The notes under the pieces: model-generated
Databases searched by the model: none
The model's input: the letters and a program-made list of their open reading frames with translations, nothing else
What the model was told of the DNA's origin: nothing
Virus record (IMG/VR): IMGVR_UViG_3300050120_000077
Coordinates: 1 to 61,866 of that record
Direction: 5' to 3' (one strand)
Length of the DNA stretch: 61,866 nucleotides
DNA from: a virus
Shown here: piece by piece, positions 8,183-19,200 of the stretch
How positions within the stretch are numbered: the first letter of the stretch is position 1
Layout: the number at the start of each line of letters is the position of its first letter
Program-made: the position numbers and the translations under genes

Positions 8183-8573
8183 GCCACTCGCTCCAATGTA
8201 GGTGGTCGGACAGGTTGGCTTTTGCCCAGGCGACGGCGGCGCCGATCGCCAAAGCAATTAGCCAAAGTGCCCCCGCTACAACGAGGCTTGAGACAGCGAC
8301 GATGGGTCCCAGCTTCTTGCCTAGGAACATCTCCATCGTCTTAACCTTCGGTTCGATCTTAGCCATGCTGCTGGTCAGCGGCGTGATCGACTTCTCGGCG
8401 GCGTCTTGGCGCTGTTCAAGGTCGTCGAGCTGATCGCCGATAGCTTCGAAACGGCGTGTGCCGTGATCGAGCTGGCTTTTCATCGCGCCGATATCCTGAC
8501 GAACCGCACCAAGATGGTCGAGCACTTGGACCAGAAGCGCGGTGTTGGTGGCGCTGTCGCTCACAGCCTTCAC
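8052..8573 (-). CDS. coiled-coil plus single-TM membrane protein (173 aa), holin or lysis-regulator candidate
   Basis: GTG start overlaps the lipoprotein stop (GTGA). TM segment LGPIVAVSSLVVAGALWLIALAIGAAVAW. The last 43 codons overlap the next gene and have poor third-position GC. Confidence 0.55.
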   Translation of the reverse strand: MKAVSDSATNTALLVQVLDHLGAVRQDIGAMKSQLDHGTRRFEAIGDQLDDLEQRQDAAEKSITPLTSSMAKIEPKVKTMEMFLGKKLGPIVAVSSLVVAGALWLIALAIGAAVAWAKANLSDHLHWSEWHVSVVAFACAFLPGFRGERQSPPSPPRTPTVVRPVHDEPDGGS

Positions 8574-8860
8574 TTCGCCTTGGCGTAGTCGGCGATCACC
8601 TTGTCCTCGCAGCGGGTGCGCGAGGCGATGCCATCGTTCGCCTTCTTGAGCGCAGCCAGCGCCTCGGGCGAGAGGTCGCGATAGTCCGACGTCTCGCTGA
8701 TATCAGGTACCGGCTGCGCTTTTCCGAGCTTTTGGCACTCCTTTAGAGCGCCCAGATTTACGGACAGGCGTCCCGGCGATGACGCGCAGGCGGTCAACAT
8801 TATTGCCGACGTGAACAAGAGCGCTGCACGCATCGGTCGCGAGAACTGGTGTCTGTACAT
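8570..8860 (-). CDS. outer-membrane lipoprotein, o-spanin candidate (96 aa)
   Basis: AAGGAG lies 8 nt upstream of ATG 8860. Signal plus lipobox MYRHQFSRPMRAALLFTSAIMLTAC. The mature part has two more Cys. It starts out of frame inside 8703..9233. Confidence 0.6.
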   Translation of the reverse strand: MYRHQFSRPMRAALLFTSAIMLTACASSPGRLSVNLGALKECQKLGKAQPVPDISETSDYRDLSPEALAALKKANDGIASRTRCEDKVIADYAKAK

Positions 8861-9233
8861 CGTGAAACTCCTTGACGTCAGTATCGGTTGCTTTGTTGAG
8901 GGCGGTTTGGTCGGCGATATCGATCCAGACTTGATCGCGGGTATCCGTCTCGATCTGCTTGTCTCGCTCGTCCTGTTCAGCGTTGAACTGAGCCGTTCGT
9001 GCGGCAAACTCGGCTTCGTCGCTCCGCGAACGGTTGACGTCGGCAACAAAGAACGCAATCGAGGCCGCAAGGATCGCCGCGCCGATTCTCGTGGTGAAGA
9101 AGAAGGTGCCCAGCACCTTGAGCAGCCCCACTAGCACGGTGGGAGCGAGCCAGATCATTAGGGCGGTACCGATTAGCCCGAAGGTACCGATCGCCCACCA
9201 CACCCATGAAACACCTAAAAGCATCAGATCCAT
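8703..9233 (-). CDS. membrane protein with three N-terminal TM helices plus charged coiled-coil tail (176 aa); holin and/or i-spanin equivalent
   Basis: MDLMLLGVSWVWWAIGTFGLIGTALMIWLAPTVLVGLLKVLGTFFFTTRIGAAILAASIAFFVADV followed by an Asp/Glu/Arg-rich helix. Its 3' end is overlapped by the lipoprotein gene. Confidence 0.6.
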   Translation of the reverse strand: MDLMLLGVSWVWWAIGTFGLIGTALMIWLAPTVLVGLLKVLGTFFFTTRIGAAILAASIAFFVADVNRSRSDEAEFAARTAQFNAEQDERDKQIETDTRDQVWIDIADQTALNKATDTDVKEFHDVQTPVLATDACSALVHVGNNVDRLRVIAGTPVRKSGRSKGVPKARKSAAGT

Positions 9234-9234
9234 C

Positions 9235-10227
9235 TCACACCCCCTGGTCGCGTAGCTTGGCCCAACGCTGCCAGCCGACGTAGATGACGCCAACGACGGC
9301 AAGGATCGCGCAGGCGAGACCGATGCCCATCCAGATTTCGGGCATCAGGCCCATGACCGGCTTGACTGCGTGAACGACGGTGGTGACGTTCTGCGTGGTG
9401 CTCTGCACCGTCGCGACGGTATCGGAAGCGCTCTGGCTGACGTTCGCTACCTGAGCCAGCACAGTGCCGCCGACGGTGACGCCAGTTCCGATCGTGCCCT
9501 GCATGATCTTGGAATCGAGCAGCTTCTTCTCGCCGCTGTCGGAGCCACGCGGGGCCTGTGCCTGCGGCTCGATGTCGGGCAGGGCGTCTTCCCACTTTCG
9601 AACCCATACCGTGACCTCGGACAGGCCGTTGGTGCCGCCGTTGACCTTGCGTCGGACCAATGTGGTGTTGCGTGCCTTGGCCGGGCCGCCGCAGCCGAGA
9701 GCGACGAACTCAGCCACCGCGACCTCGAAGCTGATTTTCGGATCAAGAAGGTGGTTCGGATCGTCGAGGATCTCTGGGTGGCCGGTCATCTTGCCGATGC
9801 GCTCATAGGAACCGCGCCCGGTCAGTTGAAGGTCGCCGCCGCCGCGGAATTTGTAGCCGTCGCCCGGCTCGTGGTTTCCGAGCTCGTGCGCCAGCTTCGG
9901 CGAGTGGGGCAGATTGTAAACGCGGTCGAACAGCGCCTCTGGCTTGTGCTGGAGCGTTTGCGCCTCGGTGGCGCTGACGGCGGCCGAGGACTTACCCGAT
10001 CCGAAAATCTCAACGATCCGAATCGCAGAATAGTTGCCGCTCTCGCGAACAATGGTGCCGGCGCAGCACTCGTGGCTGATATTAGCCATCAATTGCGCGA
10101 GGACGTGCTGATCGTCGATGCCGTGCTCCTCGAACACCCGCGGCGCGATCTCGCAGATAGCGTCGATCTTGGCCTGTGGCGCCTTCGGCCAAAGCCGGCG
10201 CAGAGTCGTGACGTCAAGTGCAATCAT
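9235..10227 (-). CDS. GH19-type muramidase (endolysin) with C-terminal TM helix (330 aa)
   Basis: ISHECCAGTIVRESGNYS and FRGGGDLQLTGRGSYERIG match GH19 catalytic-region motifs. C-terminus is MGLMPEIWMGIGLACAILAVVGVIYVGW. ATG 10227 is preceded by GAGG; the ORF-track start at 10500 lies inside the giant gene. Confidence 0.75.
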   Translation of the reverse strand: MIALDVTTLRRLWPKAPQAKIDAICEIAPRVFEEHGIDDQHVLAQLMANISHECCAGTIVRESGNYSAIRIVEIFGSGKSSAAVSATEAQTLQHKPEALFDRVYNLPHSPKLAHELGNHEPGDGYKFRGGGDLQLTGRGSYERIGKMTGHPEILDDPNHLLDPKISFEVAVAEFVALGCGGPAKARNTTLVRRKVNGGTNGLSEVTVWVRKWEDALPDIEPQAQAPRGSDSGEKKLLDSKIMQGTIGTGVTVGGTVLAQVANVSQSASDTVATVQSTTQNVTTVVHAVKPVMGLMPEIWMGIGLACAILAVVGVIYVGWQRWAKLRDQGV

Positions 10228-10237
10228 GGTGATGCCT

Positions 10238-13200
10238 CTATCTGGTCCAGGGCTGTTTGGATTCTCGATCCCGCTCAAAGCGGCGCGACTTATCGGCCTG
10301 ATCGTAATCGGTGCCACGCACCACCCGAGCGAAGGGAATACGGCTCGGTTCTTTGTCCGGGGTGCCTTCGGCGGCGTTCGCCACAAACCCGGTGACGTTC
10401 CGGCCGAATCGCATGGCCGTGTCAAGGCCCGAGTAATAACTAAAAACTTCCCGCAAATCTTCTGGATACACGTCGAGCGCACCGGAATGTTTACGGTCAC
10501 CGCCGGTCACCTCGTTGATGCCCTTGGCCGCCCACTTCCATCCGTCGCCGGTGTTGACGCGGCCCGATTCCGACCGGGGCCCACGCTGGAACGCGGGGTC
10601 TTTGTGGATCGGAATGCCGTTCCAGTTTTCGTTGGTATAGGCATGAACCAGTGGTCGGGTCAGCTCCGGAGAGATTTGAGCGACCAAATTGTCCTCGGCG
10701 CCGAACGGCGTTAGCGCCTCAAGCCCCGATTTGAGCACCGCGCCGAGCGCCTTCCGGACACCGTGTGGGTCTTTCGTGAACACCATGGCAGCCGCAGCCT
10801 GCCCGATCATCAGCGGGAACGCCCAATTGTACGGCATCGGAATGTGGATCGGCTGCGGGCGGTCCTTTGCGTCCTTGTCGATCCCGAACGGATTCAACAG
10901 CGTGAAGGTCAGCGACTTTTCCCACCATGCCATCTTGTCGGCGAAGGGGATGCCGTCCTTGTCGTTGCCGCCGACGAGATAATTGAACATGCCGGACAGG
11001 AAGCCCGCGAGCACCGAGGAGCCGAACACCATCCGCATAATGCGAGACCGTGCGACTGCGCTGGTCATCCGGGCGCCGGTGTTGATGGCAACCCCGGAGA
11101 ACGGCGCGAACAGGCTCATGATGTTCTTCCAGCGTCCGGACTGCTGGAAATCAACCGTGGCATCACGCGCGACGATGGCGGCTTGCTCGGGTGTCTTGCC
11201 CTGCTTGCGGGCTGCGGCATAGGCCGCGAGCCGCAGCGCATTGTCGAGCGCGTTGGTCACGGTGTCCATCGCCTCGACGCCGGCCTGCCACTTGGCTTTG
11301 GCATCGCTCCACGTCGAATTGGTGAGCGAGTTCAGCTTCGATTCCATGTGCTCGCGGACCAAGCTGGTGTCGCGCATCTGGCGGAACATCATCGCGCCGC
11401 CGGCACGACGCATTTCATCCCAATAACGCTGTAGCTCGGCAATCGCCGCGTTATCGTGCGTGACCCCTTTGTTCGAAGCGAAGATCGCCTTCGAGGCGTT
11501 CCCGAGGAACGGCGTCGAATCCGCGATGTAGCGGCCAACGCTGTGATCGCCGCTCTCCTTCTGCTCGAACGAATTTAGCGTGCCTTCGATGGGATATCGG
11601 AACAGGAAATGCCGGAGCAAAAATTCTGGTGAGTAGTGCGTCCACGACGCCTTGAGCTTGTTCTGGATGTTGATGACAAACTGCAGCATGCCCAGCCCAT
11701 CGGCGTGCATGCGCTTGATGGCATCGGCGAGCTGCGAGTTGTCGAACAGAAGGTAATGCACGTTGCCGCCGCGCTTAAAGGCGACCGCACCGGGTTCGCT
11801 CCGGAAATTGCTGTCATCGACGGTCCGCACCAAGCCAGTGCGCTTGTCCAATTCCTTTTTCGGCCGACCGCGATCAAACCGAACAAAATTCTTCTGATCG
11901 TCCGGATCAAGCTCATGAAGCGCGTTATCGACGGTTTGCAGATATTCGTTCTTCTTGGCGCGCTCGATGGTGCGATAGGCCTGATCGATCAGGTTCGCCA
12001 GCGGATTGTCCGCCTTGGATTTGCGGCCGAAGGCGCTGCGGACTTCCGGGCCACGGACATTGAACTTCGGCGAGCGACCGGGCGGCGCTTCCTCCGGCGC
12101 ATCTTCCCAGCCCGACAACGGCGCGTAATGGTCGTATGTCTGGCGCCACCCGGCGACGGTGGTGGCCGATTCCAGCCCGCTATTCACCATCAGATTGTTG
12201 ATGTAGTCGCGGATCGCGTCTGCGCGCTGGTCAATCGCACGGACGACGGCGGGATCGTACCGGTTGAGGATTTCCTGCGCGGTGTCGTTCGACATACCGG
12301 AGCCACGACCGAGCACCATATCCGGCGCGCCGAACATACTGTCCATGTTGATCTTGTCCATTTCCCGGTTTCGCTCGGGAGCGTGGAGCGCGTAGAGGAT
12401 GTCGCCGGCCTGATCCTTGTCGATTTTGTTCGCCTTCAACAGGTCGATCATCGGATCGAGTAGGTTCTTGTTGAAGTCGTTGGCCTCGGCCGCGACCTTG
12501 CCGGGGAACAGCCGCTTCTTCTGGTAGAATGCCTGGCTGTCCGGAAGCTCGCCCGCCAGCCGCGCCTCGATGATGGTCTCCAGATTTTGCACTGGCCGGT
12601 TGAGGTTCTGGTAGCCCTCGATCAGCTTTTGCTTGGTGTTCGCCAACCGTTCGTCGATGGCGGCGCCGACGCTATCGCGCAGCGGGCCGTTGAACGGGTT
12701 TTGCACGGACGCCAGTGCGTCTTCCTGCTGCGGAAATGGTGTGCCGAGCAGCGGCGGCGTGCGATCAGCAAAGCCACCCTCGAATGCCTTGGCGAAAATG
12801 TCCTCTGCGGTCTGGAAGCCGAGACCATTGACGCCGTTGCGGATGCGGTTGGTCATGTCGGTGAGCCGGTGATACCAGCGGCGCACGCCGACGTGCAGGT
12901 TCTGCGCCTTTCCGAATTTCTCCCGCTGATGGCGATAGAGTTCGAACGCGACGGCGCGGACTTCGTATCCGGCCATACCCTCGATGGTCGCCTTGTCGAA
13001 CCCGATCAGCCCGTTGTCGATCGCCCGGCGCAACCGCGGCGTTTCCTTCGCCATCAAGGTTCGCTCGCGCGCCGTCTGCAACAGGTGCTCGATGGCGTGA
13101 TATGCCTCATGGAACGCCGTCGATACCGGGTTGCCGCTCTCCAGGGAAAGCTCGATGAGCTGCTTCGCTGGCCGGTAGAGCCCGACGACGCCCTTGTATT

Positions 13201-16200
13201 TAGCCGCTACGTCGCCCCAGCCGCCCTGGTCGATGTGGTCGATCCGGCCGGTGTGAAACTTGATCTGGATGTTCGGAACCATCTTGCGGACGGCCTCGGT
13301 CAACAGGCGCTCCAGCTCGGCGGCCTTGGCCGCTCCGCGCTCGGTCAGCGGCATCACCTGTGCCAACGCCTCGGGGCTGGGCGGCGGCAGCTCGGTGCTC
13401 GTTGCGGGCTCGTCCTTCTTGGCAAGCTGGGCTTCGAGGTCACGAACCTGCGAGGCGAGGGCGTCGATCTCGGGCTCGCCCTGAAAGCGCGCCTTCTCCT
13501 TGCCCTCGGATTCCCGCAGGAACTTCTCGGCGGTCGCGACGCGATCCTGCGCGTAGGCCAGATCGGCATCGAAACCGGACAGGATGCTCTCGATGGAGCG
13601 GGCCATGCCCAGCGCGGAGGTGCCGTGAACCGTGGTCTCGGCGTCGCCGGTCCGCTTGAGCATCAGGTCATTGCCGGCGGCCCCCTTGTTCTCGGTGAGG
13701 ATCTGGCGGACGTGTGCACGGAGCGGGAAGCCGGAAATCTCGCCGATGGTAAGGTGGCGGCCGATGTTGGCGGTGGTCGTTACCTTGTCGAGTTGGGTGA
13801 GCAGGGCTTCGCCGAAATCGACGCGCTTGTCATAGGTGGACTTGCCCACGGTCCCGACGAAGTTATCGCCGCTCAAATCCTTGCGCTGCTTGATATCCTG
13901 CTGGATATTGACTTCGCGCGCACCATAATAGTCGAGCGTCGAACGGGCTTCGGCCTGCCGACGTTTCAGCGCATAACGCTCGCTCTCGAAGGCGGACTTG
14001 CGGCGCTCGGAACGCTCAAGGTCTTGCTTCAACTCCGTCAGCCGCATCAGGCGCGGATCGTTGGTGGTCATCGCCTTGGCCTGCGCATACTGGCTGGCCT
14101 CGCCGAGGTCGTCCATTTCGCGCATCGAGGGATCGCCCTCGAAGAAGCCCTGAATAAACCGGGCCTTCTTCTCCATCAGGCCCCACATGGTGGAATCGTA
14201 GGTGCCCTTAGTCGAGTAATCGTTGATCTCGATCTCGGGGTTCCAGTTGCCCTGGCGCAAGCCGCGACCGTTGCGTTGCTCGTCGTCGGACGGATACCAG
14301 AGCGGGTCGAGGTTGTGGATCGCAGCGAGACGGCGCTGGGCGTTAACGCCGGTGCCCATCTTCGCCGTCGATCCGATCATCAACAGCACCTTGCCGCTGT
14401 TCATGTCGTTGAACAGTTTCTGCTTGGCGATGTGGGTCTTGTACTCGGAAATCAGCGCGATTTTGTCGCGCGGGATGCCGCGGCGGACCAGCTCGGCGCG
14501 GATATAGTCGTGAACCGGCAAGCCCCGTTTGGCGGAAATGCCGAGGTTCGAGAAGATCATCTGCGTGGCGGGGCCGACGTCAACCGGCGCCGACATATCG
14601 TAACCGCCCTCGCGCGGTTTGTAGAATTTGGTCCGAGCCGTCGCCTTCATGGTGTTGAAGACGTTATCGATCAGCAGTTCCAGCTTCGTCGGATAGTCCG
14701 GATCGACGTCGCCGCCAACGAGACGGATATCGATCGCGGCGTGTCGGCCGTCGCCAATCACGGTCAGCATGATGTCGTCGCCGGGCTTCGGCTTGCCGCC
14801 ACGGTTCTTGATGGCGACCATTCGCGCGGCGAGACCGTCCTGATATTCGATCAGCGCGGGCGACTTCTCGGCCAGATTCATCGAGCGTTTGCCGCCCTTG
14901 ATCTTCGGTCGCGTCACATACTGTTCGAGCTGGCGCGAGGTCACCACATCCATTACCTGACGGACCATCGCTGACAACTCGGCGACGTTGATGAACTTCG
15001 CGAACCGCGCGACGGGCTTGTAGCCGCCGGCCGCGTCCTGTTCGAGTTCGGAAACCTCCTCGCCGAAAGCACCGGCCCAGGCATCGAACGCCGATAGCTG
15101 CCGTTCGGCCAACTCGCCCGGCTGGAGATACCGGCTCACGGTGTAAAGCTCGGCCATGGTGTTGGTGACCGGCGTTCCAGAAGCGAGCACGAGGTTGCGG
15201 CCGGGATTGCGTTTTTCGAGGAGCTTGGTCTTGACGTACAGATCCCATGCTTTGCCCGAGCCCTCCGGCGTGATGCCCTTGAGGTTCGACATCTGCGTGG
15301 AGAAGTCGAGCTTGCGGAACTCCTGCGCCTCATCGACGAACAGGAAGTCAACTCCCATCTCGTCGAAATTGAACACGTTGTCGCGGCGTCGGTTGCTCTT
15401 GCCGGAAAGGCGCTGCTCAAGCCGCTCGATCTGCTTCTCGATGCGTGAACGCGTGATGCGGCTGTCCTGACCGCTTGGCATTTCCGCCAGCGCGTTCCGG
15501 TACCGATCCAGCTCAACGCCGATCATCTCGTCGGCGAACTCATCCGAAACCGGGATCATGCCGAAATTGGTGTGGGTGATGATGACGGCATCGAGGTCAT
15601 CGAGCGCGACGTTCGCCATGAACTGCTTGCGCCGCTCGGCATGGAAGTTCCGATCATCAGCCACGGCAATGCGGGCGGTCGGGTATTGCTCGTAAAACTC
15701 CTTGGTGAACTGCGCGAGCATGTGGTTCGGGATCGCGTACATCGGCTTTTTCACCAGCCCGAGGCGGCGCATTTCCATGCCGGAACCGATCATCGCCGAG
15801 GTTTTTCCAGCACCCACGGCATGCGCCATATAGGTGTTGCCCTCTTGGATGATGCGCGAAATCACCCGCGTCTGATGCGGACGCCATTTCCACCCCGAAG
15901 CGATGCCCGGCGTGGTGAGGTACGATCCATCATACTGCCGCACCACGAGATTGTTGTAATTCTCGTTGTAGTAAGCGGCGAGGGGATCGGCGCGGGCATC
16001 GTCGGCAAACACCCATCCCTTGAACTTCTCCTTGATGGTGGTGAGTTTGTCCTGGGCGTCCTGTGTCGCGGTGACATTGAGGATGCGCTTATCGTCAGCC
16101 TCATCGTAGATTTTCGGAGTGATGTGATTGAGGGCATCACTCATGAGCGCGGTCGCATTGCGCCGCGAGGTACCGAACGTGGTGATCGAGGCGACCGAAT

Positions 16201-19200
16201 CCGTGTCGCCGGAAACCGTCCATTGCGCCAGCACCGGGATGTACTTCGCCCGGAAGGTGGTCAGGCCGAGTTCTTCCTTGGCAAACTGCTCGACGATCTT
16301 CTCCGGAATCCACGGCATGCCGAGACCGGCATAGATTTGCGCGGGCGCCAGCGGCGCCGGCTGCGCGGCTTCCAGCGCCTCGACGTTGCGACGAAGGAGC
16401 GGATCGCGGGCGGCTTCGGCCTTCGCCAACGCCAGCTTCTTCCGGACGTTGCCGGAAAGGTAGGCTTCCTTGGTCTCCCATGTGTCCTTGGTGCCGGGCA
16501 CGCGGTAGATGCGGTCGCCCAGCGCCTCGATGGTCTCGCTCTTGCTCTTGTCGGCCAGAGCGCCGATGGCGTCGAGGTCGAGCCGTCCGCGCTGGTTGAG
16601 CACGTAGAGCGCAGCATCGTTGATCGAGTTGATCTTCGGCGGCGTCTCGCGGGTGATGACGTTCTGGCTGAACACCAGTCCCTTGGAGGCTTTGCCGCTG
16701 GCGTCGTCGTAGTGCTCGATGGCGCGCAGCCGGTAGGCTTCCTGATCGTCCATGAACGGCTCGATATTCGGCCGCTTATCGATGATGTTGTCCTTCATAT
16801 CCTCCGGATCGAAGGAGCCTTCGTCGAATTTGATACCGGCGGTCGCGGCGGCCTCGCGCGCCTCCTTGCGCGCGCGCGCGATCTCAGCCATCGGCCGGTT
16901 GGCGTCGAGCAGTTTGGTGGCATCAAAGGTGCCCTCGTTGAAATCCAGCCCCGAATAGCGGGCTTCCTCCCGCGCCTCGGCGCGCGCCGATTCCTGCTGC
17001 ACCACGCTCGGCCGGCGAAGCTGGATCTCGGCCTTGTTGATCGGGCCATATTTCCCGACAAAGGCGTCGTAGGTGACGTTGAGCTTCTTGCGGGCCTTGT
17101 CGCCAGCGTCTCGGTCGTCGTTGAGGTCGGCTGCGTATGTCTCGCGCAGAGCATCGCGGATCGGGATCAGCCCTCGGATGCGCTCGATTTGCTCGGCGCT
17201 CTTGCCGCCCTCGATGCCCTTGCCGCGGCGCGCAACGGCGACACCGGCGCCGGACTGGATCTGGCGCAGCGAGCCATCCTTGTCGACGTAATAGCTGCCC
17301 TGCTTCTTCTCGGTGTGATCGAAGTCAACCTCGGCGCGCTCGGTCGGCGTCTCTGGAGACTTCATCACATTGCGCGGCAGCTTGGCGACCGCGACCGCGA
17401 GCGCGTCTTTCAGGTCGAAGTTGTCCCACGCCTTGACGCTGTAGCGGCCCTCGTAGAGCTTGTCGGCGAAGTCACCTTTGCCCAGCACCATTTCCGGATG
17501 CTCGGCGAAGTAGCGGCTGATCTGGCCCTTGACTGGCTTGCCGTCAGGTCCAGGCAGGGACACTTCGGCGGTTTCAGTCCACGAGCGGTCAGCCGCCGTC
17601 TCGCCCGGCATCAGCTTGCGGAGCACCACGATGTCAGTGGTGACCTCGGTACCGGCGTTCTTCTTGAAGGCGTTGCCGGGGAGGCGGATGGCGCCGATGA
17701 ATTCAGCCCGGTCGGCGAGGTAGTTGCGCGCGCTGGGGTCGATCTTGTTCATCGTGCCAGCGCTGGTGACGAACATCAGCAAGCCGCCGGGGCGGACACC
17801 ATCGAGCGATTTGGCGAAGAAATAATCGTGCAGCAGGAAGCTGTGCTTCGCATACTTGCTGTCGGAGTGGATCGCGATGTCAGCGAACGGCGGGTTGCCG
17901 ATCGCCAGATCAAAGGCGTTCTCCGGAAGCGGCATGCGGGTGAAGTCGTCGCGGCGGATACCCCACTTCGGATAGAGCAGGCTGGCGATCCGGGCCGAGA
18001 CGTGATCGAGCTCGATCCCCTGGTAGGTCGATTTCTCGGCGACGTCCGGCGGCATCAGGCCGGGGAAATTGCCCACCCCCATGCCGGGCTCGAACACGCT
18101 GCCGCCCTCGAACCCGAGTTGCCGCGCGGCTTTCCACATGCCGTTGATGATGTCTTCGGAGGTATAGTGCGCGTACTGGATCGAGCGGCGCGCGGTGTCG
18201 TATTCTTCCGGCGTCAGTTCGGACTTAAGGCGGGCGCCGATGACCTCGAAGCCCTTACCGAACTCACCATCGGCATCCGGAAATGCGTTCTTGAGGCCGC
18301 CCCAGCCAACGTAGCGCGCGAGCTTCTGTTGTTCTTCGAGGGTAGCCGGTCGATCCAGTTTCTCGATGATGTTCGAGAGCGTGATGGCGTTGAGGTTGTC
18401 TTCGGCCTTGCGCTTTGGTCCACGATCCTCATCAAGCCCACCCGGATCGATGTGGAAGTTTTCGCCCTTTACTCGGCCGGCCGCTCGTTGGTCAGCGCGT
18501 TCGCTTCGTCCTGCCTCGGTGTCAGCATGTCGTCCGGAAACTCGAACATCATCGCTTTCACTTCCTCCTCCGCTTCCCTCGCTGCTTGCAAGGTCGGCTG
18601 GCCGTCCGGACCCTTCGGAGCGTCCTTCGTCAGTTCCAGAAACATCCGGTGCGCCTCGTTCGCCTTCAACTGGACGAACCGCTCCAGCTCCCCGGCCTTC
18701 TTCAAGGCTCGGTACATCTTCGGGTTCTGATCCTGCATCGCGACCAGATACGGATGACGAAATTCCATCGTTCGCCTCCTGGGCGGGTTTCAAATCTAAC
18801 AGGTCGGTCTGCTTGTGACCATCGCCAAAAAGGCCGTCATCGGCCGGTTGCTGCGCTGCGGTTGGCTTGAGCGGCTGGTCGGACTTGCGCTGGGCCAGCT
18901 CACCATCGCCGATTGCCTCGGTGCCGGGGATTGTGGACTGCGGCTTGGCGGCAGGATTGTGGAACGGGTCGCTTACCATCCTCATGAGATCGTGGCGTTG
19001 CTCGCCCGTGAGGTTGTCGTACTTCTGTTTGTTGAGCGGACCTCCGGTGATGCCGGCCATCAACTTGAATGCAAGATCGGTATCATGGGTGCGACCGTCC
19101 GCGTGCATCGGCAGCTTATGCAGCACTTCCGCCCACGTCGGCGCTTCCGCAATCTCATTGCGATGCTGCTGTTGCGCCGTGACGTAGCCCGGTTTCACCA

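Noticed and set aside
9370-10395. 341-aa plus-strand ORF.
   Set aside because: It is antisense to the GH19 muramidase gene, which has clear catalytic motifs.
12587-18730. Very long plus-strand ORFs (795 aa at 12587..14974 and 1052 aa at 15572..18730; also 542 aa at 20108..21736 and 485 aa at 21959..23416).
   Set aside because: They lie antisense to the giant minus-strand gene, are Arg/Gly/Ala/Leu-rich with no motifs, and are the expected stop-poor shadow frames of GC-rich coding DNA. The minus frame carries the clear MTase, helicase and zincin motifs.
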